This document shows positions 39,099 to 54,207 of a stretch of DNA of 64,000 bases, piece by piece. A program made the position numbers and the translations under genes. Source of the DNA: Eledone cirrhosa (taxonomy: Eukaryota); contig OZ024741.1 of assembly GCA_964016885.1 (NCBI GenBank), forward strand, positions 209,870,001 through 209,934,000, read 5' to 3'. The notes beneath the pieces were generated by a model. That model had not been told where the DNA came from, did no database searches, and saw nothing but the letters and a program-made list of their open reading frames with translations. Within the stretch, counting starts at the first letter, position 1; every line of letters starts with the position of its first letter.

Positions 39099-39151
39099 CT
39101 GCCTGAAGAGGTCACAGCCAACAATAGCTGTCACCGAAATATATATAGCAG
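39099..39151 (+). ncRNA. Hammerhead (family D), inverted partner of 38565
   Basis: CTGC-CTGAAGA-GGTCACAGCC-AACAAT-AGCTGTCACC-GAAAT-ATAT-ATA-GCAG. Confidence 0.8.
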
Positions 39152-39203
39152 AGAATCTATAATTTATAATAAACGAAGCCAAATTTTACATGTTTGACTT
39201 ACT

Positions 39204-39304
<101 letters not shown>

Positions 39305-39509
39305 TATGTATACGTACATACATATATGTATACAGACGTACAGCAGTATGTATATATATATACATACATACATACATATATATATCTGTACGTATGGGTT
39401 TACAGAACATTTATTATAATGTTCGGTTTGTTTGTAAACAAACAGCCCGAATTACGCCGTACAGTGTTCGGCAACCATCGTCGCCCTTTTGTTCAACACT
39501 GACAAAGGA

Positions 39510-39552
39510 ACGATGAACTAGTTTCAAGCTTATTAGCTATCGTCAGCATCGT
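39510..39552 (-). ncRNA. Minimal hammerhead (family C), intact
   Basis: Minus: ACGATG-CTGACGA-T-AGCT-AATA-AGCT-T-GAAAC-TA-GTT-CATCGT; palindromic AACTAGTT. Confidence 0.82.
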
Positions 39553-40229
39553 ATACCTTCCTGTCAGATGATTGAACGTTTGAAAGTATATACTTTCCTT
39601 ATGCATATTAACGGCTGAGCAGCTTAATTTGCATATCGAGTGAGTTAGTCGGCCGGGCGTACCGAAAACGATAAATGGAAAAGAATGAAACGAAGTTTTA
39701 TTTCTCACGGCTGATACTTAAATATAAGTATGTATACGTACATACATATATATATACAGACGTACAGTAGTATGTATATATATACATACATGCACACATA
39801 TATATATATATGTACGTATGCATTTACCGAACATTTATTATAATGTTCGGTTTGTTTGTATATAACTACTGTACGTCTGTATACATATATGTATGTACGT
39901 ATACATACTTATATTTAAGTATCAGCCGTACTAAGAGTGAGAAATGAAACTTCGTTTCATTCTTTTCCATTTATATTTATATATATATTTGTTTTGCGAG
40001 GTTTTTTATATGAAATCGTGTGTCAAAACAAATATTGTTATACTTGGGGAGGGTCATATTGTTGTAATAATATTGCCAGAATTAATAACAGAACATACTC
40101 CCTGTTTGGTTGGTTTTCGCTTCTATATCTTTTATATCAGTTAATTTATTCGGTGCTCAATGTTTGCCATTGACTGACCAACGGTCAAAAATACAGATAT
40201 AATATAGACACAAACACATATATATAGTC

Positions 40230-40276
40230 TAACAAAGTTCTTTCGTTGCACATCTGCAGCATCGTCAGTGGTGCTA
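40230..40276 (-). ncRNA. Diverged hammerhead related to family F
   Basis: Minus: CA-CTGACGA-T-GCTGCA-GATG-TGCAAC-GAAAG-AA-CTT-TG. Confidence 0.55.
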
Positions 40277-40669
40277 TTATGTTCCTCCTGTTGTATTGTA
40301 TATCTACGCCATCTTTTTGGCGTAGATATACAATACAACAGGAAGAACATAATAGCACCACTATCTTCCTTAAAGATAACTATTGTCTGACTTAATTACG
40401 AACATTGACACAAATAACCGAAACTTTTTTAATGTCTCCAAAGCCCCAATATCGATTTTTGAAAGCCTTTGTAGATCATGTACAGGTTTTGAGCCTTCAT
40501 TAAAAATTGTCCACACACACATACAAACACATACAAACTTCGTCTTTATATATATACAGATATATAAGTAAACAGATATTTAATTTGCTGGTAATTCAAC
40601 AAATTTATTTATTATAACAGATTCGAACCACTCTACAATTTTCCTGGAGTATAATATCAATGATATTAA

Positions 40670-41870
40670 TAAATGGAAACTATATTTATAAAATCATATT
40701 TATTTTATCATATATATTTCAAGGGTACCAAAAAAACTTTGGTACGCACTCATCAGATAAAATACAAAATTTGTTTTATAAATAGTGACATACCAGATAA
40801 ACCAGACCTTAACGGTTCAGGTTCCATTTGGATAGTGAAAGAAAAAAAGAAAAATTTCAAATTATTTAGGATGGATATGAAAAAATCGTTATATTTAGTT
40901 CGAATCTTATTATGGAAGTACTTTTTGTACCTTCAAATAGTTCAATCAAGATAGAAAACATAAGTTAAGGAAAATTATAGAGACTTTAGTTGTTAAGAAG
41001 AGAGGATGCTTTATGCGTGCTAGATTATAAAGGAAAAAGAAAAAAGCAAAAGATAACTCCAATTATTAGTTACACTATTTACGTTAGATTTTAGAGTTTA
41101 TTTAAAATGTATGTGGAGAAAATTTTATATATTATTTTATGTATGATTATAAGGTATTTTATATTACATGTTTTCAAAGATGAGAATTTCTTTTATATAT
41201 GTATTTAGATATTATCTATATAGTCAATTAGGAAGGAAAATACTATTAGAGACCTCATGAGTGTATTTAGAAAACTATCACGAAAAAGGATATATTTCAA
41301 AATATGAATTAAGAAATATCAATTAAAAAATATATAAAGGATATCAATTAAGAAACTAAGAAGAATATCAATTGGAAAAGAATATCATTTGTAAAATAAT
41401 ATATTACATAAAAAGAAAAATATCATTTAAAAATCACAACTAAACATTGACAGAAGAATAGTGAAGACATATTGAATGTGAATAAGTGAATTATATAATA
41501 TAGATTATAAATACTTCGGAAAGTCATTTTTTGGCGATGTCTGCAGAAACAGAATATTTCTTTTTTTAGGTTGATAGAATTTTGGCAGGTGAGTATATAA
41601 AAATTGTCTTCAATACTCAAATGACAGATTCTTGAGAGGGCTATATTTCGGTATGTGGGTGCTTTCTAAATCGTTCCCCAAGAGATTGAATAGTCAATAT
41701 TATTGTCTTTTAAGTGCCAAATTAGATGTGAAAGTGATGTGGAAAATTTTTTATCGGACCTATTAAATGTATGTTTATGATTATACCAGCGTTCTTTAAA
41801 TTTTGTAGAAGTGGCTCCTATATAATTATATATTTTATGTCTAGTAAAGAATCGGATTTATCTATAAGTG
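40670..41870 (-). mobile_element. Decayed Penelope-like 3' fragment (GIY-YIG end, UTR, pLTR with hammerhead at 40701-40764)
   Basis: Minus YNYIGATSTKFKERWYNH and INLKKEIFCFCRHR; the hammerhead has ATG at the cleavage triplet (predicted inactive); 40575-40810 is repeated at ~42210-42420 with the core deleted. Confidence 0.78.
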
Positions 41871-41954
41871 TTTCACATATTCTTTATTTTTAGGTAAGAG
41901 TACATCCTTTAGAGAAGAAGAGATCTTTAAAAATTCCATTATTAATTCTTTGCA

Positions 41955-42148
41955 GGGCGGTGGATTGGCAGTATCGGTAGAGAGTCGGACACCATGCTTT
42001 GCAGCATAGAGTTACGTCCCTTTATGATGTGAGTTCAAATCCCACCGAGGTTAACTTTGCCTTTCATCCTTACGGGATCGATAAAATAAAGTACCAGTAA
42101 TGCACTGGGTAATTGCTGGCCTTGTTCCAAAAGTAGAAACAATTATTA
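41955..42148 (+). mobile_element. tRNA-derived SINE, family 1 (full copy)
   Basis: A-box-like TGGCAGTATCGG, B-box GAGTTCAAATCC, body CTTTGCCTTTCATCCTT..GATAAAATAAAGTACCAGT; fragments also near 26393, 32491, 49172, 56855, 56975 and 60520. Confidence 0.85.
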
Positions 42149-42530
42149 ATTCTTTGCAATCTGTTACAGTTTAAAGTGCTCTACATTAAAGGAGCTATTT
42201 ATAAGCAAAGAGATATTTAATTTGCTGGTAATTCAACAAATTTATTTATTATAACAGATTCGAAGCACTCTACAGTTTTCCTGGAGTATAATATCAATGA
42301 TATTAATAAATGGAAACTATATTTATAAAACTATATTTATTTTATTATATATATTTTAAGGGTACCAAAATACAAAATGTGTTTATAAATAGTGACATAC
42401 CCGATAAACCAGACCTTATTAATGATAAGTTATTAATGATGCAAGATTTCACAGCTCTAGCATCAATCCTTCATAGTCATTTCAGGCGACGTAACTTATG
42501 ACGTGTGAGTACAAATATCAACGTTTAAGA

Positions 42531-43584
42531 TCTATATATATAAAGTTGTAGTTCCTGTCTGCTTGTTTGTTTGTTTGTCCACGAACTCCTCCTATGGTTT
42601 TGGAGATAGAACCCCATAACCATATATATTCTGAAACTACATTGCCCAGGGTACTTGGATAAGTATATTTCATTTTAATCAAAGAGTTCCCAGGGGCACA
42701 AACCCACGCTGAAACATTTCTCCATCCGATTTATATGAAAATTTAAACCATAGGTAAATGACAAGGTATGATGCCTATTCACAAAATTTCGGCAACTTTC
42801 AATAATATTAAGACACCCTAATGGGAGTTAAACCCCATATAGTGAACATTTTGGCCAATAAATTGAACAAGATGTGTTGTAACAAGATTGCATGAGAACT
42901 TGATTGAAGCAACCATTATATTCGGAGCTTACAAAGGTCAAGCTGTTGTCATTCCAAGGATTTCACTTATACCAAGTGATAGCGAGTTGCCTTTTACATT
43001 TAAGAGGCTGCAGTTCCCAGTGAGGCCATGCTTTGCCATGAGCATCAATAAGAGTCAAGGTCAAACTTTCAAAACTATGTGTATAGATCTGACAAACCCA
43101 TGTTTCAGTCATGGCATGTTTTATGTGGCTGTTTCAAGGACTGGAACTTCAAAAAATATCTACATTTTAGCCAATCAAAGAAAGAGAAGAAATGTTGTTT
43201 ACCCTGAAATTCTTCATTAGGACAAAATATGAAATATATTTTCATGTATTTATTATGGTAAAAAATAAATAATTAAACTTTGAATTTCTAATTTGAAAAT
43301 AATGCTTTACACAAAAATGAATTGATCAAGTTTTGAATTGATATTTTCGAAAAAATTATTTACAAGAAACAAAATAAGAATAAGATTTAATAATGTAATT
43401 TTGATTTGATATATTACAAAAAATAATGTTTTCCAATTTTTCATGCATTACATTTCACATTGAGTAGTATTGAAATGCAGAGTTTTTCTCCATAAATTAT
43501 ATCACTGATTTAAAATCAATCATGATTTTCTTACAAAAAAAAAAAAACGTGTGAAACGCAGCAAGGCGCGGGTAATTCGGCCAG
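42531..43584 (+). mobile_element. Non-autonomous internally deleted Helitron
   Basis: A|TCTATATATATAAA 5' end; GC-rich 3' hairpin region then CCAG|T (CTAG variant); carries a helicase C-terminus. Confidence 0.8.
42888..43220 (+). pseudogene. Helitron Pif1-family helicase C-terminal fragment
   Basis: IPRI, RLQFPVRPCFAMSINKSQGQT, CFSHGMFYVAVSR, NVVYPEIL. Confidence 0.92.
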
Positions 43585-43934
43585 TCTTATTAATAAATAC
43601 ATTGTTTCTTTCCAGGGACTATGTTGAAAAATAAAGCTCATTTCGTCATTGCACGAGAGTATCTTGGTCAACCTATGAAATTTTCAGCTGACCCTCGTAT
43701 GCAGCTCATGTATCTAGGATTATACCTGTTAATGACCTTGGCACTAAATTGCTATATAACTATAGCTTCCAGAACCGCACACCTGTATTTGTTCGGAATT
43801 CTGTATTAAATAGATCTTCTTTTCATGAAATAAATTACTACATTGATCATACAACGACAACATTATTTCGAACACTCACTATGCATTTAAAAGAAAGAGC
43901 GTGTTGTCAACCTAACCACACAGACATACATGTG

Positions 43935-44008
<74 letters not shown>

Positions 44009-44029
44009 TATATACAATGATATTAAATA

Positions 44030-44500
44030 AATGGAAACTATATTTATAAAACCATATTTATTTTATTACATATATTTCAAGGGTAACCAAGACAACATTG
44101 GTACGCTTTCATCAGATAAAATACAAAGTTTGTTTTATAAATAGAGACATACCCATGAAAATCATACCTTATCGGTTGGAAATTTACTCGATAGTGGAAA
44201 TATATTAGGGATTATTCAAACTTATGTGTGAATATGCAAATGAATATGTAAATAATTGAAAAGCAACCGTTTATTTAAATGACACCGGAGAAAGAGAGAG
44301 AGAAAAAAAATAAGGGGATAAAGATAGAAAATATTACGAGAGAGATAGAGAGAAGAAATCGACAAGAGAAGATGAATATAACGTTAATTTGGGGGAAATA
44401 TATTCTAAGTATAAATCTAATATTATGTGTATTTACGATTCATTCGGTGTTTAAAATTCGTTTCTAATATAATATTTTCTGTTATAAGTAGATAGATAGA

Positions 44501-44535
<35 letters not shown>

Positions 44536-46165
44536 ATAGATAAATAGATAAGTAAATGAATTATGGGTATATCGTGTTATAGATAATAATTTTAATGAGT
44601 TATGAGGGATATTGGTTTTGTATTTAATGTAAGTAAATATTAAGTTAAATTAAATTAAATTAACTGAGTTAATAAGAATATTTATATTTATATATTTTAA
44701 AATGGGAAGATACGGAAAAACTCCAGTTTTGTTTATTTATTCGTTAGTATGAGACTATTTTGTCAAAATAAGTATAAATGTTGAAAGATATATTTAGCCA
44801 GAATTAGTTAGTGGTTATAAATCTAATAAAAGATATTGAAAAAATACTAAAAATTTGAGAAAAAAAAAAAAAAAAAAAATTATAAGAGATAAGTAATTTT
44901 TAATAAATGAATAATTTTTAAAAAGGGATAAAAAATACAAGAAATAAAAAAAATAAAGAATTAAAAATTATTAAGATTAAAATTACAATTAAAATTAAAA
45001 TTAAAATTAAAATTAAAATTAAAATTAAAATTAAAATTAAAATAAAAAAAAATTAGAATTATATATGTATATATTTTATGAAACTTTAAGAAGTGAAATT
45101 ATAGAAAATGTTATAGATATGATTTAGAGAAATCAATATATTAAAACCAAGTGGATAAGATTGTTATGGAAATAAGTAGAAATATTATAAGTGTAATTAT
45201 AATTTATATATAGTTCTAAATGTTGAATTCAGGCGATGTCTACAAGAATTAAATAAATTCGTTCTTAGATTAATAGAAGTATGAAAAAAATTTCCTCAAC
45301 ACACAATTTGCAGAATCTAGATAAAGCTGAGTTTCGGTACATGGGTGCTTTCGAAATTATTTCCCAAGTTTTTTTGCATATTATTTTCCCAAGTTTTTTC
45401 CCATATTTTTGCATTTTAAGTTCTATATCATGTTTGAAAGAGAAGTTGAAGATTTTTTATCAAATCTTTGGAAAGAGCATTTGTGATTATTCCAGAGACT
45501 TTTAAATTCTGTAGAAGTTGCACCTACATAGTTAAATATATTATCACTAGTTTTAACTGTTCATTTATAGACCACGTTTTTATCTAAACACTTATTTTGT
45601 AAAGGATAGTTTAATTTAATTCTACAGTTACATTTTGCGGAGTTGTTATTCAGAACGGTACTATTATATTGGATATTGCGAGAGATATTACTGCTATTTT
45701 GGTTAGGATTTAAATTTCTATTATTGATTCTATTTATATTTTGTGCTATGTTCATAGTAGTAGAGTAGGATAGTTGTATAGTATGTCTGTTAAAGATTGA
45801 GTGGTATCTGTGGGCTTTAGGAAAACATTTATCTAGTGCTTTAAAGAATAGCTTTGCTAAAGGTGTTTTAACGCTTAATGAGAATGAGGGTGAGTACCAA
45901 ATAATATTTCTAGTTCTAGTTCTTCTGTTAGTTTTAGAGTTTAAGTTAATTTTTTTTATTATTATTACAATTAATAGTAGGGTTATTTGCCTTATTACTG
46001 TTGTCGATGTATTTAATCTAATTTATATAGCCTGCTCTATTTAAAGCTTCATTATAATATTCTGCCTTATCGTCAAAAGTGTTTTAATTAGCGGAGATGC
46101 GTGAAATACGTTGTTCGATAGAATTAACAATAGTTATAAACATTTATGTTTGTCGGACTTCCAAC
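44030..46165 (-). mobile_element. Decayed 5'-truncated Penelope-like element with pLTR hammerhead at 44059-44123
   Basis: Minus RNIIWYSP, HRYHSIFNRHTI, KCNCRIKLNYPLQNKCL, YVGATST, SCRHRLNSTF; hammerhead TATTTTAT-CTGATGA-AAGCGTACCA...TGGTTACCCTT-GAAAT-ATAT-GTA-ATAAAATA. Confidence 0.85.
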
Positions 46166-46184
46166 AAATTAAATACCACTTCTA

Positions 46185-46700
<516 letters not shown>

Positions 46701-46746
46701 TACCTCATTACACAATGCTTCAAGTGAACTATAACTTCCTCCTTTC

Positions 46747-46781
<35 letters not shown>

Positions 46782-46809
46782 ATGCTTATGTATATACAAG
46801 CATAAGGTA

Positions 46810-47145
46810 AAAAGACCCCCCTTCCGTCACTAATAACCATGGGATTTGTAACTAGAAAGTTCCCCTCCGAGGCACAAGTCTGGGCAAGGTTGTTTGTGGA
46901 AGACCAGCAGTCGCCTATACACACCAGTCTCCCCTCTCCACGCCACCGATGTTGTCCAAAGGGAAAGGCAATGGTCGATACAGCTTGGCACCAATGATGT
47001 CGCAACTCATTTCTAAAGTTGAGTGAACTGGAACAATTGAAATAAAGTGTCTTGCTCAAGAACACAACGCAAAGCCCGGCCCGAGAATCGAACTCACAAC
47101 CTCCCGATTGTAAGCCCGACGCTCCAACTACTAAGCCATGTGCCT
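46810..47145 (-). mobile_element. tRNA-derived SINE, family 2 (full copy)
   Basis: Minus GCACATGGCTTAGTAGTTGG...GAGTTCGATTCTC...TTCTTGAGCAAGACACTTTATTTC plus 3' tail. Confidence 0.82.
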
Positions 47146-47176
47146 TCACTTGTATACATACATACACACATATCTA

Positions 47177-47285
<109 letters not shown>

Positions 47286-47850
47286 ATACTTGGGGAGGGT
47301 CATATTGTAATAATATTGGCAGAAATAAGAACAGAACAAACACACTCACTGTTTGGTTGGTTTTCGCTTCTGTATCTTTTATATCTCCACAGTTAATTTA
47401 TTTTGCAATCAATGTTTATCATTGAATGACCAACGATTAAAAACACAGATATAGATATATATAAATGTATATGTATGTATGTATCTTTACATCTATCTTT
47501 TTATCTTTTTCTGTCTAAACATTGCGTCTTTTCTGTGTGTAGATTCTATAGAATCTACACACAGAAAAGACGCAATGTTTAGACAAATCACAGAGGCAAT
47601 AAACATAAAAGAATTACAACCAAAATTAAATAGAAAATATGAGTGGAACAGCAACATCACAACTTACAATTAAGGATAAAATAAAAACACACACACACAT
47701 AGAACAAACAACCAACCAGTAACATGTAAATAAACAAATAAATAAATGAACATAAACACACACAGACACCCGGATATGGCGCACACAGAGAAACAAAATG
47801 GCGTAGGACAGAACAAAGGAGAGGCACAGAAACAAAGAAAGGAATCCCCA

Positions 47851-47893
47851 GTCACTGAAGAGGTCACAGAGTGTGTGACGAAAGAACTATGAC
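47851..47893 (+). ncRNA. Hammerhead (family F)
   Basis: GTCA-CTGAAGA-G-GTCACA-GAGTG-TGTGAC-GAAAG-AA-CTA-TGAC. Confidence 0.72.
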
Positions 47894-48064
47894 AATATAT
47901 AAACAACTATCTGGTTGTGGAACCAACCAACCAACCAGAAATTTATAAATTTATAAATTTATTATAAATTTATTATAATAAATTGAAGTGAAAGTTACTG
48001 GTGCGTGTGTTTCTTATTGGCAACATGACCCTCCCAAAGTATAACAATATATATATATATATAT

Positions 48065-48166
<102 letters not shown>

Positions 48167-48187
48167 GTATATGATATATGATATATG

Positions 48188-48224
<37 letters not shown>

Positions 48225-48228
48225 AATG

Positions 48229-48284
<56 letters not shown>

Positions 48285-48318
48285 ATATGATATATATATA
48301 TATGATATATGATATATG

Positions 48319-48349
<31 letters not shown>

Positions 48350-48385
48350 CACTCTAACACATCTATATAAACACATCTCTCTCTT

Positions 48386-48419
<34 letters not shown>

Positions 48420-48900
48420 CACGTATATATATATACTCGTATATATATATATATATATACATGCACACACAGACACACACAGACACACACACACATACAC
48501 ATATATATATATTTATATAGTATATGTAATATTATATATTATATATTATATTATATATAATATATAATATCAATTAAAAGAAAAAACAGCAGTAATATTC
48601 CTTAATAGATGTCTAATCAATATGTATATGTGTATGGAATATAAACATTGCCAAAATTAGAAAATATGTTTCCTTTTTCTCCAGCCACCACAATTAATAT
48701 GTTGACTATAAAACGGTTGAACAAGACGGATAGATAATCCCTAGAGACGGTGAAATACGTAGAAAGTGATATGATATCTCAGATACGTGCCTTTGTCTAC
48801 TTTTTCTTTCCTCCAGGGGCGTTTTGCTTATCTTATTCAATTATTATATAGTTCATTTAAACATTGCCTATATTTTCATATGTTTTCATTTTTGGAAAGC

Positions 48901-48933
<33 letters not shown>

Positions 48934-49927
48934 GTACATATGTATATATATGTATATATATATATGTATATATGTATATATATGTATGCTTATATATATG
49001 TATGCATATATATATATATGTGTATATATATATATGTATATATATATGTATATATATATGTATATATATATGTATGTATATATATATATGTATGTATATA
49101 TGTATGTATATATATATATAATATGTATGTATATATATGTACAGTATGTATATATATATATATGTAATAATAATTGTTTCTACTTTTGGCACAAGGCCAG
49201 CAATTACCCAGTGTATTACTGGTACTTTATTTTATCGACCCCGTAAGGATGAAAGGGAAAGTACTGATACTGCCAATCCACCACCCTATATATATGTAAT
49301 AATAATAATATATAATATCTATATCAAATAAATGGAAACTATATTTATAAAACCATATTTATTTCATTATATATATTTCAGGGATATCATATTAACAATA
49401 TGTTATGCCTTCATCAGACAAAATACAATATAAACAGTCTTATAAATAAATAGATATGACATACCTTTCAATCGACTTGCATTTTCTTTTTCATTTTCAT
49501 CATCACTTTCATTTTCTCTTTTTCATTTTCTCTTTTTTCTCTCTATATAACGGCTATTTTCTCTCTTAACTACATACATCTCTCTTTACATTAATACTAG
49601 AGCTAAATAAATAAATAAATAAATAAATGTATCAACTGATACTCAACTACCTAGTTTCTCTATCTATCTCTATCTATCTCTTTTTTTTCCTCTCTCTATA
49701 TATCTCTCTCTGTTCCTTTACATGAAGTTCTTCTCTTTATCTATCTTTATATATCTCTCTATTTAGTCACATGCATTTCTTCTTTTTCTTCGTTTTTCTT
49801 TCTTTCTTTCTTTCTCTCTTTCTTTTTACAACTGTCCACAATATTTTTTACTGCCAAATCAACTTCCCAAATGCAAGTCGATTGAAAGGTATGTCATATC
49901 TATTTATTTATAAGACTGTTTATATTG

Positions 49928-49993
49928 TATTTTGTCTGATGAAGGCATAACATATTGTTAATATGATATCCCTGAAATATATATAATGAAATA
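49928..49993 (+). ncRNA. pLTR hammerhead (family I); copies at 53702-53767 (+) and 49360-49425 (-)
   Basis: TATTTTGT-CTGATGA-AGG...CCT-GAAAT-ATAT-ATA-ATGAAATA. Confidence 0.82.
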
Positions 49994-50173
49994 AATATGG
50001 TTTTATAAATATAGTTTCCATTTATTTAATATCATAAATATACTCCAAATACTTGTTGAGTGCTTTTATATCAGTTATAAATATTTACTCGTTGTTAACC
50101 CAACAATTTAAATATAACTTTCCATGTATCTTGCTCCAATACTGTTGAGCGCTTTATATTATAACTGAAAAAA

Positions 50174-52386
50174 ATGGAATTCTTTAAGATTACTTCCTCT
50201 TTAAAAGACATACCTCTACCTAGAAACAAAGACTTTATAAAACAATTAATAGATAAATCTGACTCTTTTATAAGGAGAATCAGGTGGCGAGCATTCCACT
50301 TTGATAAATCTAATGTAAATGAAAATGTCTCGGACTTAAACAAAGTTTTCAAATCCAAAAGAAATCCACCCCCCAACAAACTTTTATCTGACTTTGAAAA
50401 CGATATAATTTCTATCATACAAGGAGTCAAATTCAAGAGAAACTTCAAAGGCCAGGAATATCTGAAAGGCATTAGGGATAATATTGAGAGCTTAGAGAAA
50501 ACTGAGAAGATCTTGGTAAAATCTGACAAGACCAACAACCTCTATGGAGTGCAGAAAGACATGTATAATGGCCTCATACTAAAAGAACTGAGGAAAAAGT
50601 ACAAGGTAGCAGATAAGGCCGAGCTAGAGAAAATGAATGTTGAGGCATCTTGTATAATGCACGAGTTGGAAATTGAGAACAGAACACAACCTTTCGTGCC
50701 CAGGAAACCGAAGATCAATATGAAAGATCACAAGAGAAATTTTGAGAATGACTTGCCAGTCAGATTGATTGCACCATCATAATCGGACCTGGGTAAACTA
50801 AGCAAAAACATTCTTGACAGGGTGATACAGCAAATTAAAAACTTGAGTTGTTTACCTAACCTGAGCTTGTGGAAGGGAACTGGTGAGGTTGTTGAGTGGT
50901 TTAAGCAACTTAAATATAACAATAATAATAAGTTTATTCAACTTGATATTGCTAACTATTATTCTTCTATTACCCCTAATCTACTAAATAAGGCACTAAA
51001 TTACGCATTCAAACATACAGACCTAACTAGCAATGAAATGCACATTATATTATCGGCTAGGAAAACATTGATAGAATTTAATGACCAACTATGGACCCGA
51101 GCAGACAGAGATAACAATTTTGACATTACTATGGGATCATCCGACTCGGCTCAGGTAACTGACCTTGTGGGCTTATTTTTAATCAATTCGCTGCATAGGA
51201 AAATACCTGGTACTACCGGAGGTTTATATAGAGATGACATGCTTTTACTTATTGATAATAATAACTCTGAACTAAATAGGAAAAGAAAACAAATTACACA
51301 ATTTTTTAATCACTTTAATCTAAAAATAGAAATTGAGAATAACCATAGAATAGTCAACTTCCTAGATATAAAATTAAATCTCAACACATGTCTTCACTAT
51401 CCATTTCACAAGTTGAATGAAAACTTAAACTATGTCAGCTTTAACTCTAACCACCCCAGATCTGTTAAAAATACTATAGTAAACTCTGTTCAAAAACGTA
51501 TCTCTAGAATCTCATCTAATAAAAAGATTTTCGACGAAAAAGCCCATTATTACAATGAAGCGTTAGCTAGAGCAGGATATAGTGATAAAATTATGTACAT
51601 AGATAATGATAAACAAATTAAACAAAATAACAACTATTTTAATTACGGCCACAACCTTAACAACTATAATAGAAAGCATTACAATAATTCCAAAAGCCAT
51701 AAAAGAAATAGAACTAGGAATATAATATGGTTTGCCCCCCTTTCTCACTAAACATTAAAACCCACATCGCTAAACTATTTTTTAAAGCTCTTGATAATCG
51801 CTTCCCTAGAGCACATAGGTATCACTCAATTTTCAATAGACATACTATAAAATTAACCTACTCATCCACCAAAAATTTAGCACAAAATATTAATAGAATA
51901 AATAATAGGAACTTAAAACCTAGCGATAATAGCATAAATAATATCCAAGTTAACAAATGTAACTGTAGAGATAGATCTAAATGTCCGTTAAATAACAACT
52001 GCTTAGTTAAAAATATAATATACAACTGTAATGTTAAAACGGACGTTAATTCTTTTAACTACGTTGGTTCCACATCGACGGAATTTAAACTTCGCTATAA
52101 CAACCACAAGAATTCTTTCACAGATCCATCCAAAAAATCTTCAACAGCACTATCAGGCGTACTCTGGCAACTTAGGCATGATAACGTTAGATATTCGACG
52201 ACTTGGAATATAGTTTCAAGAGGGATTCCTTTTAATTCATCCTCTGAGACATGTGACCTCTGTGCGGAGGAGATATTCTTTATACTAAAATCTAAAAATT
52301 CCCTTAATCTACGGACAAATTTATTCAGTTGCTGCAGACATAGATTAAACTCAACGTTTAAATATAAATTTAAATTTAAAATGTAG
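50174..52386 (+). pseudogene. Penelope RT + GIY-YIG polyprotein (~735 aa) with a nonsense codon at 50780 and a -1 frameshift at ~51738
   Basis: SLKDIPLP, IRWRAF, DKT, MKDHK, FIQLDI..YYSSI, MGSS, GLYRDD, VNFLDI, SNHP, CNCRDRSKCPLNNNC, IIY..YVG, CDLC, CCRH. Confidence 0.95.
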
Positions 52387-54136
52387 TTATGTTTGATTTG
52401 ATTTGTAATTATTTATGAAACTAGCCGATAAATCTTTCGATTTCTTCTTTTTATTAAAACATTCTTTTTATTAAAATATTCTTCATGAATAATTAAACTA
52501 CCCTAAAAGCTGATGCTCCAAATATATCGAATTAAATTTTACACTAGATAAACTTCTATATTAAATATAAGAACATATGTAGATCAAATGGGTATCCTAA
52601 ACTTTTGGAATGATTTCTGCTAGACAGGATTTGGTAAATAATTTTTGTTTTATCTGTTTCGACTCTGATGCTTATGATGAACTTGGCAATATATTGTCAA
52701 TTAACTTTGAAAGGCTGATCTTTTGTGGCCGATTTGCGTGGCATACTATGTTTTATTTTTATTATTTTTTAATATTTTGTAATATTTTTATTTTTAATAT
52801 TAAATGTTTTAGTTTTCTGTTTATTTATTTATTTATTTTCTTTTTTCTTGTCTCTGATATTTTTATTTTTATTTTTATTTTTATTTTTATTTTTATTTTT
52901 ATTCTTATTAATATATTGAAATCTGTTCTCTATTTCTGCTTGATCGACAATCATGTAGAGTAAAGACAAGAATAGTATTGTTAAAATTAATATAGACTCT
53001 ATATATATGTGTATATATACACACATATATGTATACTTGAATTTTTATAGCACAATGAGAATGTTTTCGTGTGAATTGGGAGTTTGTTTATAATTATGAT
53101 ATAAACATATGAATTTTTAAAAACTAGACATAAGATCATTACTTTTCACACATTATAGATACATGTCTCATTCATGAATACTGATATTTACATTATAATG
53201 CCTGTTTTATACGAACTAATATTTTCTACATGATGAAACATAGCGTTTTTTAAATTCTGCCTCGTTTATGTCTGGTTATTTTTCATTTTCTCTTTTTTAT
53301 TTTCTCTTTTTTCTCTCTATATAACGGCTATTTTCTCTCTTAACTACATACATCTCTTTTTACATTAATACTAGAGCTAAATAAATAAATAAATAAATAA
53401 ATGTATCAACTGATACTCAACTACCTAGTTTCTCTATCTATCTCTATCTATCTCTTTTTTTTCCTCTCTCTATATATCTCTCTCTGTTCCTTTACATGAA
53501 GTTCTTCTCTTTATCTATCTTTATATATCTCTCTATTTAGTCACATGCATTTCTTCTTTTTCTTCGTTTTTCTTTCTTTCTTTCTTTCTCTCTTTCTTTT
53601 TACAACTGTCCACAATATTTTTTACTGCCAAATCAACTTCCCAAATGCAAGTCGATTGAAAGGTATGTCATATCTATTTATTTATAAGACTGTTTATATT
53701 GTATTTTGTCTGATGAAGGCATAACATATTGTTAATATGATATCCCTGAAATATATATAATGAAATAAATATGGTTTTATAAATATAGTTTCCATTTATT
53801 TAATATCATAAATATACTCCAAATACTTGTTGAGTGCTTTTATATCAGTTATAAATATTTACTCGTTGTTAACCCAACAATTTAAATATAACTTTCCATA
53901 ATATCTATATCTATATATATATATATATGGTCCGGATAACCAAAGATGTGCGTTCGACTCCTATGTACGGCAACACTCATCTTTTTCCATTTCTCCGAGG
54001 GTTATAAACCCCACTATCAGGCTAGAAATTTCTTTAGTCTAAAATACGGTGAAAGCTTATAATTTCTAATTTCTAATTTTCAAACTCGCGTATCGTTTCA
54101 AAAAACATACTTACATGATTACATTTATAATTTTCT

Positions 54137-54207
<71 letters not shown>

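Larger units (their letters stand above)
49326..53899 (+). mobile_element. Complete Penelope-like element: inverted partial pLTR, 5' pLTR, RT-GIY-YIG ORF, 3' UTR, 3' pLTR
   Basis: Inverted pLTR part 49326-49484; 619-bp direct repeats 49507-50125 and 53281-53899; ORF 50174-52386. Confidence 0.95.

Noticed and set aside
50174-52386. Selenocysteine recoding as reported for some Naiad elements
   Set aside because: The in-frame stop is TAA at a Lys position, conserved cysteines are normal codons and no convincing SECIS was seen
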